From an archaeon (GTDB taxonomy: Archaea > Nanobdellota > Nanobdellia > Pacearchaeales > GW2011-AR1): DNA of 64,000 nt. The notes under the pieces are model-generated. The model did not search any database. It was not told the DNA's origin and saw nothing but the letters and a program-made list of their open reading frames with translations. The translations under genes and the position numbers were made by a program. The DNA lies in contig JABHSE010000004.1 of assembly GCA_018697035.1 (NCBI GenBank), positions 259,300 through 323,299 of the forward strand, given 5' to 3'. The stretch's first letter is position 1. Every line of letters starts with the position of its first letter. Of this stretch, positions 9,550 through 17,291 are shown one piece after another.

Positions 9550-10102
9550 GATAAAGTCCCTCCCTAAGTATATATTTCTCAACATCCTCATGAACCAATT
9601 CATAAATAGGCTTATCCGCAGCGACCCTTTCCCTTATCTCAGTAGAAGACGTCCCCAAAAGAGGCTTCTCATAAAATGTCATATCCCGAGAATCTTCCCT
9701 CACAGAATATCCCTTCCTCTCAAAAACCAAGAAATCAATCAACTCTCTTAATTTCGCACCATCTTTCCAACTAGGCAAATCAGACACAGCATCAGAACCC
9801 GCCATAAAATAAAAATCATGATCATATTTACTTTTCAACTTCCGAACAGTATCGATAGTATAATTAACACCCTCAGAATCCAATTCAGTACTATCAACCC
9901 TAACATGATCCATCCCCTTAATCGCATATTCAATCATCTTAACTCTATGCTTCGAATCCGAAAGATTTTTACCAAAAGCATGTCTCTTACACGGAATCAC
10001 CCAAACCTCATCTACAACCTTAGACTCCAGAGCATCACCAATAATCTTAGTATGAAAATTATGTATAGGATCAAAACTACCTCCAAAAATTCCCACCTTC
10101 AT
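9542..10102 (-). CDS. nadD: nicotinate/nicotinamide mononucleotide adenylyltransferase, NadD type
   Basis: GIFGGSFDPIHNFH (GxFxPxHxxH) motif, ~186 aa. Confidence 0.85.
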   Translation of the reverse strand: MKVGIFGGSFDPIHNFHTKIIGDALESKVVDEVWVIPCKRHAFGKNLSDSKHRVKMIEYAIKGMDHVRVDSTELDSEGVNYTIDTVRKLKSKYDHDFYFMAGSDAVSDLPSWKDGAKLRELIDFLVFERKGYSVREDSRDMTFYEKPLLGTSSTEIRERVAADKPIYELVHEDVEKYILREGLYHE

Positions 10103-10923
10103 TCTCGCACCCCATACAATAAACTAACTTTTCCGACCGAAGGAACCTTCCGCTTATGCTCTGTATTAGCATGCCTCATCACAACATCAGAAATGATTCT
10201 ATTATCAAATCCCGTAATCTCTTCGATTTGCGAAGCACTATATCCCTGATCAAAACCATTCTGAATCAACTCCGCCGCATCATAAGTATACCCAAGTTCA
10301 CCTTCATCAGTCTGACCTTCCCACAAGCCAGCAGTCGGAACCCTATTAACAAGATCTTCAGAAACACCCAAGTGCGCCGCAAGTTCCCGAACCAACCTCT
10401 TCGGAAGATTACCCAAAATATTATTATCCACCGCCGCATCCCCCCGCTTAGTACAATACCCCAAAACATAATCCTCGTCCCAGTTCCCAGTTCCCATAAC
10501 CCTATAATTCTTAGAAGCAGCAACCCTGCTCAAAACTACCGCTCTCAACTCAGAATATAAATTACCCCTATGAAACTCACTATCAATACCAGGAACTTGA
10601 CGAGCGAATATATCAGCAATAGGTTCAATCGGAACAACCACAGATTCAATTCCAAGATTCTTAGCAACTCTCAAACCATCCTCCTTATCTTCGTCACGAT
10701 TCGCATCCGATGGCATCACAATACCATAAAGTCCAAGTCCACTGCCCTCACGACCAAAAGCATAATCACACAAATAAGCAGTCGCAGTAGAATCAATACC
10801 ACCACTCAAACCAATAACACCACCATAAGCACCAGTCCCCTTAGTAAGCCGAATCACTTCATCCGCCAACTCATCAACAGCCCGCTCAACTCCATTTGCA
10901 AAATATGCCCGCTCTATTTTCAT
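10099..10923 (-). CDS. nadE: NH3-dependent NAD+ synthetase
   Basis: PP-loop GLSGGIDST. The ATG at 10923 overlaps the upstream stop as ATGA. Confidence 0.85.
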   Translation of the reverse strand: MKIERAYFANGVERAVDELADEVIRLTKGTGAYGGVIGLSGGIDSTATAYLCDYAFGREGSGLGLYGIVMPSDANRDEDKEDGLRVAKNLGIESVVVPIEPIADIFARQVPGIDSEFHRGNLYSELRAVVLSRVAASKNYRVMGTGNWDEDYVLGYCTKRGDAAVDNNILGNLPKRLVRELAAHLGVSEDLVNRVPTAGLWEGQTDEGELGYTYDAAELIQNGFDQGYSASQIEEITGFDNRIISDVVMRHANTEHKRKVPSVGKVSLLYGVRE

Positions 10924-11834
10924 TTTTCCTCCTCCAATAAATAGGGCGTTAAACAAAGCCTACAAAATTTATCTCCCCGCATAAACCCTTCAATCTTATC
11001 ACTAGTATTCGCAAGCAAAAAAACATCACTCACCTTCAAATTCAAACCATGATCCTCATTTATCTCACTAATTATTTTCTCCTGCATCAATTTATACTTA
11101 TCGTACAACTGCCTAGGCCTAATCCTATCAAGAACCCTATCAGTCACAACCAATGAAAAAATATTCTTAAACCACTTATTAGCAACTAACGTCTCAAGCG
11201 GCTTCCGAGTAAAAGTAAAACCCGATCTCAAATAATACATCCCAAAGGGTTTACTCATAGATGCAACAACCGCTACAATATTATCATTACTAACATCAAT
11301 CTCATACAATTCAGTCATCCCCAAATACGCCAAATCATAAACAACCTTATGACTCTCACAAATATCAGTAACAACCTCATTCCTTATCACATTACCATCA
11401 CGCCCAGAAGGATTCGATATAAAAAAATACCCTGGCTTCAACTTCGAAAAATCCTCATCTTCAGAAACCTCAACAATAGTAATACCAAGCCGACTAGCAT
11501 ATTCCTGATATCCCTCATACTCGCCCTCAAAAACATAAATCACCTCATCCGCATTCTTAGCCTTAATCTCAGCAAGCAAATGAAAAATCCCTTGCCGCGA
11601 CCCATCCGTAGAATATCTATATCCAAAATCTTTCAAAGCAGGGACATCCTCAGAATAATACTTCACAAACTTCTCAATAATCGGCTTATCAAAATCATCA
11701 AGACCCGGACTAATCGAACTCAAAAAAACATCATGTGGAAAATTCTCACAAACCTCGTCGATAACTTCCCGAACTTCAGGAAAATAATAACAATATACTC
11801 CCCGAATAGCTTTCATCTCATCCATATTCTTCAT
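10920..11834 (-). CDS. PLP-dependent aminotransferase-fold protein (class I/II-like), function unknown
   Basis: NPSGRDG (NPxNPTG-like) and the SMSKPFG lysine motif. Short for the family at 304 aa. Confidence 0.45.
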   Translation of the reverse strand: MKNMDEMKAIRGVYCYYFPEVREVIDEVCENFPHDVFLSSISPGLDDFDKPIIEKFVKYYSEDVPALKDFGYRYSTDGSRQGIFHLLAEIKAKNADEVIYVFEGEYEGYQEYASRLGITIVEVSEDEDFSKLKPGYFFISNPSGRDGNVIRNEVVTDICESHKVVYDLAYLGMTELYEIDVSNDNIVAVVASMSKPFGMYYLRSGFTFTRKPLETLVANKWFKNIFSLVVTDRVLDRIRPRQLYDKYKLMQEKIISEINEDHGLNLKVSDVFLLANTSDKIEGFMRGDKFCRLCLTPYLLEEEK

Positions 11835-12697
11835 ATCAAAATCGCTCCCTTATACTGCCAATCATATCTCAAATGTCCATCCGGAAAGAAAATAACCTGC
11901 CTCATATTATCCCTCTCCGGCTCAATGGTCAAAGCACTTGTCAAGCAAACATTCTGACCCTCCAAATCATAAACGGTCGCACCATGAGCAAGCGCCAACA
12001 GCTGATTACCATTTTCCTTAACAAACAGTTCAATCTCAGAATAATTTTCATCACCAATCATATTCTCCATAGTCCAATCGTAAACACTCTTACACTCAGA
12101 ACCCTGCGGAGCTGCCAACTTCCTAAGACTCAACTGCTCAACCCCCCACCCCTTAACTTTCTTAATCAAAGCCAAAGCCTCATCCTTACTGTCAACAAAA
12201 CCCTTAACCAAAGTGCAACTAATCCTAACGGTATACCCGATATCATGCAACTTAGCAATCAACTTTTCCAAATCAAAATACTCACCCTCTGGAGTAAAAA
12301 TCAACTTATTCTTATCTCTCTCATAATGGACAATAGAAATAGCAATCGTAGTCAATCCAAGATCATACCACTTCTTCAAATACTCATCACAATCATCCCC
12401 CGCGAGAACAATACCATTCGTCTGAATCTCAATAAAAGGAAACTCAAATCTTTCCAACTTATTCAAAAACTCACTAATTTGTTCAGGAAAAAGGGTGGGC
12501 TCACCCTTACCAGTTATAAGAACAGTACTAACATCATTCATTTTAGAAAAATTACAAGCCTTCTCAAAGTTCCTCCAATTAACAACCGGCTCTTCCAAAC
12601 CAATACCCTGCTTCGGAGTCATCCGCGAAACACAATAGGGACATCTAGCGTTACAAGCCGAACTCCCAGCAACAATCGTCAATGTTTGAATCTTCAT
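11831..12697 (-). CDS. radical SAM enzyme, function unknown
   Basis: CNARCPYC (CxxxCxxC) cluster near the N-terminus, then GKGEPTL and IQTNG motifs. Confidence 0.75.
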   Translation of the reverse strand: MKIQTLTIVAGSSACNARCPYCVSRMTPKQGIGLEEPVVNWRNFEKACNFSKMNDVSTVLITGKGEPTLFPEQISEFLNKLERFEFPFIEIQTNGIVLAGDDCDEYLKKWYDLGLTTIAISIVHYERDKNKLIFTPEGEYFDLEKLIAKLHDIGYTVRISCTLVKGFVDSKDEALALIKKVKGWGVEQLSLRKLAAPQGSECKSVYDWTMENMIGDENYSEIELFVKENGNQLLALAHGATVYDLEGQNVCLTSALTIEPERDNMRQVIFFPDGHLRYDWQYKGAILI

Positions 12698-13350
12698 ACC
12701 CTCCCCTCCAAAACATCTTTAGTCGTCACAAAGTTAACCCCAGCCTCTTCCCAATTTTTCAAAACCACTTTAGTCTCCAAAGGCGTACCAACCAAATGCG
12801 GCAAGTCCCTCATAGCATCCATAACCGCATAAACATTTCGCCCTTTCTTGACATTACCCATCACCGCAAAATTATCACAAACATTCAAGGCAACACCATA
12901 GAGCACAACATTCTCAGGATTCAAAATATCAATAGCCTCCGAAGTCAAAGAATTCCCGCTAAAAACATCAAACTCATATTTCTCAATAACAAGATTCCGA
13001 GCCTTCACTATCTTCTCAGCATCGACATTTTGAGCATCCCGAGTCAACCTATAAATATTATCCATAGGACGAGTCGCAGGAATATACTCAGCACCTTTAG
13101 TCCCAGCCATACAATGAGGAAAATATGTATCCACAAGATCCGGGTTCTCAGCATCAATCTCCTTATCCTCCAACCTATGCCAGTCCGCACTATTAACAAC
13201 ATAAATCCCATTCTGCTTGGCATACCCAGTCAACTTAGCTAAATTACCCTCTATCTCTCGAGCATCAGGCACAGGCAAAGTACCCCTAAAACTTTCGTCA
13301 TCTCGCATAAAATCATACTGAGTATCAACATTCCAAAAAATAGTTCTCAT
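12694..13350 (-). CDS. pncA: nicotinamidase (isochorismatase family)
   Basis: N-terminal VDTQYDF, the FPHCMAGTKGAE metal site, and the GVALNVC catalytic Cys. Confidence 0.8.
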   Translation of the reverse strand: MRTIFWNVDTQYDFMRDDESFRGTLPVPDAREIEGNLAKLTGYAKQNGIYVVNSADWHRLEDKEIDAENPDLVDTYFPHCMAGTKGAEYIPATRPMDNIYRLTRDAQNVDAEKIVKARNLVIEKYEFDVFSGNSLTSEAIDILNPENVVLYGVALNVCDNFAVMGNVKKGRNVYAVMDAMRDLPHLVGTPLETKVVLKNWEEAGVNFVTTKDVLEGRV

Positions 13351-14598
13351 CTAATACACGCACTCCTCCATAGCATATTTAGCATCATCATAATCGAATA
13401 TATCCTTAAATCTAGCAACATCTTCAAGACTACCCATAGTCTTAGCCGGATTGTCACTCAACTTAACAGTCCCATACCCATTAGATTCAACAGCCTTCAT
13501 AACAAGCGAAAGAGGCCTCAGTCCCAAGTCATTAGTAAGATTAGTCCCCCAACCAGCGACAACATTTATCCTATTCCCAAACTCATTCTGCAAGTCAGCA
13601 ATCTTCTCCACATTAAGCCCGTCACTCGGAACAAACAACTTAGTCTTCGGATCAATCCTATTTTTTTCATAAAACCCAATCTGCCTTCTAGCAAAAGCCG
13701 CAGGGTCCCCCGAATCTTGCCGAAGCCCCTTCCAATTACGAGCCTGCTCATAGCTCATATCGTCAAGAAAAAAATCAGATCCATAAGTATCAGTCAAAGC
13801 AATAGACAACCCAACCCCATACTCATCAAACCATTCCTCCAAAAACCTATTATGAGAAGCCTTTATGTCAAGATCACTATCATGATAAATCCCAGACATA
13901 ACCATATCCATCTCATGAGCATTCGTACCCATTGGCTCAAGCCCAAGCTTCATCGCCAAATAAACATTCGACGTACCGACAATTTGATTCGGAACTCTCG
14001 CCTTCAACTTTGAAACAACACCCTCTTGCCACTCCTGATCAAACCTCCGCCTAGTCCCAAATTCCATGAACCTCACATTAGGATTCTCCTCCAAAGTCTC
14101 AATCTTCCTTTCAAGATTATTAGCACCTTTTTCCATAATAACCCGAAGCTGATCAGAATCCATGTTCTGCATAAGACCACGATAATAAAGAGTATTAAAA
14201 GTCGCAAGAGCAGGCGTCTCCCAATATATCCCAGCTCCCCAAGGCCCATCAACTTCAAAATCAAATTCGCCATTCTTCACGGTCAAATTATAATCAGGAA
14301 GCACAATATTCTCTAAGAATCCAAGATAGTCATCCTTAAACAATTGTTCGCCATTATTTTTTAATCCCGCCAAATATGTTAACTCGTTACTAGTAGGCCT
14401 CGTATACTGAATCCTATCCAACTCCTGCCTCAACTTCCCTTCATCAACAACCGCCGGAAGACTAACATCCTTCGTCCTATTTTTGAACGCATACTTAACC
14501 GAAACATCATTATACCTATGAAAAGCAAATTGCCCCATGGTCAACTTATACATATCGGTATCAAGAAACGACTCTGTTGTTCGTGTTGTGTTTACCAT
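13351..14598 (-). CDS. pncB: nicotinate phosphoribosyltransferase
   Basis: LDTDMYKLTMGQ motif. The start is set at the ATG at 14598, 21 nt downstream of CTTTATATA. The track ORF adds 7 codons. Confidence 0.85.
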   Translation of the reverse strand: MVNTTRTTESFLDTDMYKLTMGQFAFHRYNDVSVKYAFKNRTKDVSLPAVVDEGKLRQELDRIQYTRPTSNELTYLAGLKNNGEQLFKDDYLGFLENIVLPDYNLTVKNGEFDFEVDGPWGAGIYWETPALATFNTLYYRGLMQNMDSDQLRVIMEKGANNLERKIETLEENPNVRFMEFGTRRRFDQEWQEGVVSKLKARVPNQIVGTSNVYLAMKLGLEPMGTNAHEMDMVMSGIYHDSDLDIKASHNRFLEEWFDEYGVGLSIALTDTYGSDFFLDDMSYEQARNWKGLRQDSGDPAAFARRQIGFYEKNRIDPKTKLFVPSDGLNVEKIADLQNEFGNRINVVAGWGTNLTNDLGLRPLSLVMKAVESNGYGTVKLSDNPAKTMGSLEDVARFKDIFDYDDAKYAMEECVY

Positions 14599-14602
14599 AA
14601 CA

Positions 14603-14621
14603 TAGTGTATAATATACACTA
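14603..14621. promoter_or_regulatory. perfect 9-1-9 palindrome TAGTGTATA-A-TATACACTA between the TATA box and the pncB ATG; candidate NrtR operator
   Basis: Read directly from the sequence. It lies between the TATA box (14621-14629) and the ATG (14598). Confidence 0.5.
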
Positions 14622-14723
14622 TATAAAGATTATGGCGATTGAGTATATGTATTATTTACACTAAGTATCATAAAAATCCAACAAATACAAACCCATAAAT
14701 ACCAATAAATTCAAAGAACAACA

Positions 14724-15449
14724 ATGGAATACAAAGCATACTCCTTCGATCTAGACGACAATCTCTTAAAACTCCCGACCCTAATTTACCTGGAAAATAA
14801 AGATAAAGAACAAGTAAAACTATCCACTCTGGAATTTGAAAAAATAAGACCAAATTTGAAAAAACTAAATCTGAAAATCACAACAGAATCTTTCAAAGAT
14901 TTCTGCGAAGACTCCCAATTCCTAATCGACATCAACAAAGCCACAAAAGCAGGAAGCTGGGGAAACTTAGTAAACTGTATAGTTCATCACGCAAGTATCT
15001 TCGCAATAATAACAGCAAGGGGACACAGCCCTGAAGCAATAAAAAAGGGGATAAAGTTGACAATAGAAAAATATATACCGAAATCACAATTAAAAAAATT
15101 CAGCGAAACATTCTCAATGAAGTACAACTTACAATTAGAAGACAAATCTCGAGAAGAAATACTAGACATCTACCTAGATCTATGCAAGTTTTATCCAGTA
15201 AATAACAAAAATATTAAAGAAAAACTAAAAGCCGAAGATGTAGGAGAACTAAAATCTTTAGCATTCGAAGACTTCCAAAACTATATAACAAAATACGTAA
15301 AAGAAAAGTTTGGAGAAGAAACAAAAGTAAAAATTGGATTCTCAGACGATTCTATCTTCCATCTCAACAAAATGGTTAATAATATTCTAAAAAAACATGG
15401 GCTATTCTTCTATCAAACAAACGACGAAGGAAAAAACAACTTTATCTAA
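14724..15449 (+). CDS. hypothetical protein, possibly a HAD-like phosphatase
   Basis: N-terminal FDLDDNLL (DxD) and IITARGHS resemble HAD motifs I/II. Weak call. Divergent from pncB. Confidence 0.35.
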   Translation: MEYKAYSFDLDDNLLKLPTLIYLENKDKEQVKLSTLEFEKIRPNLKKLNLKITTESFKDFCEDSQFLIDINKATKAGSWGNLVNCIVHHASIFAIITARGHSPEAIKKGIKLTIEKYIPKSQLKKFSETFSMKYNLQLEDKSREEILDIYLDLCKFYPVNNKNIKEKLKAEDVGELKSLAFEDFQNYITKYVKEKFGEETKVKIGFSDDSIFHLNKMVNNILKKHGLFFYQTNDEGKNNFI

Positions 15450-15488
15450 ATAATACTAATCCCCATCCTAGTATCGAGGCCGAGAGAA

Positions 15489-15529
15489 ACGAAGTCATCC
15501 TTTTAGGAAACAGGGCCTGTTATTCAGGG
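15489..15529. repeat. ~40-nt imperfect direct repeat, left copy (partner at 16954-16995)
   Basis: CGAAGTCATCCTTTTAGGAAACAGGGCCTGTTATTCAGGG versus CGAAGGTTATCCCTATGGGAAACAGGGCTGTTCAAGAGGGG. Confidence 0.5.
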
Positions 15530-15612
15530 AAATTTTGAAGAAATTTATATCCCACCCAAGATAGACCTAATCGGTAACCCCTTTGATGGGATTGTTTTTT
15601 AATTTGCCACTA

Positions 15613-16182
15613 TTATAAGGAAGATATATCCCACCCAGAATTAACAAGGTGCTTAAACCAGTGTTTTTGGTGGAATTCTGGAAGTCCAACCAAATCAATC
15701 AACACAACAGAAATATTATTAGAGATGTAATCAAAACTTCCAGAAAACTTTAAATTAATCTTCCCATTATTATCTCTAATAACGTTCATTGTACCTCTTT
15801 CAAGAATAAATTCTCCAGAATTTTCTCGAGAAAGGTAATAATCGAGAACCTCTTTTTTAAAATGGAACCTTTGGAGATTATTACAAACATCATCTCCATT
15901 TTTTGACCACAAATCTGTAAATGGACCTTTTGGTCTTCCAGTTTTATCGGATTCTTTTCTTTCCAGTTTTTTTCTTATGGCCCTTTTTTTATTTTCTGTA
16001 TGGGTCTTTACCGCATGACAAATTGCACATAAGGCTTGTATATTATCTGGATCATTAGTTCCTCCATCCCATTTAGGCAAAATATGGTCAAAATGAGTTA
16101 TTTTGGGAGTCAATTCTCTTGGACAATCTGCACATTTATTATTTTGTCTTTCTAATATCTTATTTTTTGGTATTCCTGCCAT
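15613..16182 (-). CDS. HNH endonuclease
   Basis: CADCPRE..HFDHILPKWDGGTNDPDNIQALCAICH is an HNH motif. The ATG at 16182 lies 19 nt after TTTTTAAGG. Confidence 0.75.
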   Translation of the reverse strand: MAGIPKNKILERQNNKCADCPRELTPKITHFDHILPKWDGGTNDPDNIQALCAICHAVKTHTENKKRAIRKKLERKESDKTGRPKGPFTDLWSKNGDDVCNNLQRFHFKKEVLDYYLSRENSGEFILERGTMNVIRDNNGKINLKFSGSFDYISNNISVVLIDLVGLPEFHQKHWFKHLVNSGWDISSL

Positions 16183-16211
16183 AAAAAACCAGCGAATCAA
16201 ACCTTAAAAAT

Positions 16212-16853
16212 TTATCCCCAGGACTTTCCCCATTTCATCGGAGTTCCCATAGGTGTTTTGGGTTCAGAGAGATTCCTAACCATTTCATCAATATCTCCCT
16301 CTATCTCTGCCTGTTTCTTTTCTTCTTCAACATCAAAATCATCTCTTTCATCTTCTATATCATCATTACATTTCCAGCAAACACCTTCGAAATTATATTT
16401 ACTCGGACGAAACCATTTTTTCTTGCATCTAGGACATAAATTTCTACGATATTTTGATTTCACAAAATGGCATCTAAAGCATAAGGTCTGAACAAAATCA
16501 AAAGCATAATAATCTTTTAGTGCTAATTCTTTCGTCTTCTCTTTGAGTTCAGGATGATCTCGCATATAAGCCCCAAGTTTCCCAACCTTAATATAACCTT
16601 TAGAGGTAGAAAAACCTCCGCTCTTAGTTAATGCGCAAGGAGGGAATGTGAAATTCATTTCCTCGGACATAGAAATAATTGAAACTTTTCTAAAATTACG
16701 AAGCATATAGGCTTTAAAGGATATTTTATGGTGAGGCGTTAACTTATTTGTAGAACCGCACCATTCACACCTATCTTTTATCTTTCCATCTTCTAGCGCT
16801 AACTTTTTTGCCTCTTGGAATTCTTTTGTTTCCCACGGCTTTCTCTCCGTCAT
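16212..16853 (-). CDS. HNH-like zinc-finger nuclease domain protein
   Basis: CEWCGS..LTPHHK and CFRCH, plus extra CxxC pairs and an acidic tail. Its promoter is paralogous to that of 15613-16182. Confidence 0.6.
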   Translation of the reverse strand: MTERKPWETKEFQEAKKLALEDGKIKDRCEWCGSTNKLTPHHKISFKAYMLRNFRKVSIISMSEEMNFTFPPCALTKSGGFSTSKGYIKVGKLGAYMRDHPELKEKTKELALKDYYAFDFVQTLCFRCHFVKSKYRRNLCPRCKKKWFRPSKYNFEGVCWKCNDDIEDERDDFDVEEEKKQAEIEGDIDEMVRNLSEPKTPMGTPMKWGKSWG

Positions 16854-16953
16854 AAAAAATCCACTCAATCAATCCTTAAATATCTGCTGAATCCCGCTAA
16901 AAAATTATTAAAGAGTTTTATTTCTCTCCCACCCTATGTCGTGGGCAAGCGAA

Positions 16954-16995
16954 GCGAAGGTTATCCCTATGGGAAACAGGGCTGTTCAAGAGGGG
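16954..16995. repeat. right copy of the ~40-nt direct repeat, abutting the tRNA-Tyr 3' end
   Basis: See 15489-15529. It ends 5 nt from the tRNA-Tyr discriminator base. Confidence 0.5.
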
Positions 16996-16999
16996 TTAA

Positions 17000-17070
17000 T
17001 CCCCCCACCCTGAATCGAACAGGGCCACAGCGGGCTACAACCGCCTGCTCTACCGATGAGCTATAGGGGG
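17000..17070 (-). tRNA. tRNA-Tyr: tRNA-Tyr (anticodon GTA)
   Basis: Hand fold: acceptor CCCCCTA/TGGGGGG with C1-G72, D arm GCTC-ATCGGTA-GAGC, anticodon arm GGCGG-TTGTAGC-CCGCT, T arm CCCTG-TTCGATT-CAGGG. No encoded CCA. TATA box ~25 nt upstream. Confidence 0.85.
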
Positions 17071-17116
17071 ACAAAAACAAAACTCTGAATAGCTTTATAA
17101 ATTTTTAGATAAGATG

Positions 17117-17250
17117 TCGGGGAACCCTGAATCGAACAGGACCACAGAAAGGGTTACCGAACACCTTGCTCGAATTTTTCCCAACGAAGTGATTAGAAAA
17201 ATTTTAGAGTAAAGTGTGAGTACGTTTGCTCTGCCATAAATTATAGGGGG
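17117..17250 (-). pseudogene. tRNA-Tyr-derived chimeric or degenerate element with a duplicated promoter
   Basis: It has the same promoter, the 5' acceptor CCCCCTATA and a near-identical T arm. The anticodon region is replaced by ~80 unrelated nt, and the 3' acceptor TTCCCCG cannot pair with the 5' end. Confidence 0.45.
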
Positions 17251-17291
17251 ACAAATACAAAACCTCTAGAAGCTTTATAAATTTTTAGATA

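Noticed and set aside
17117-17250. A functional second tRNA: intron-containing, split or permuted.
   Set aside because: I could not obtain a cloverleaf. The D stem and anticodon arm are missing, and the 3' acceptor TTCCCCG does not pair with CCCCCTA or with any nearby CGGGGAA. I kept it as a pseudogene or chimeric element pending BHB-aware software.
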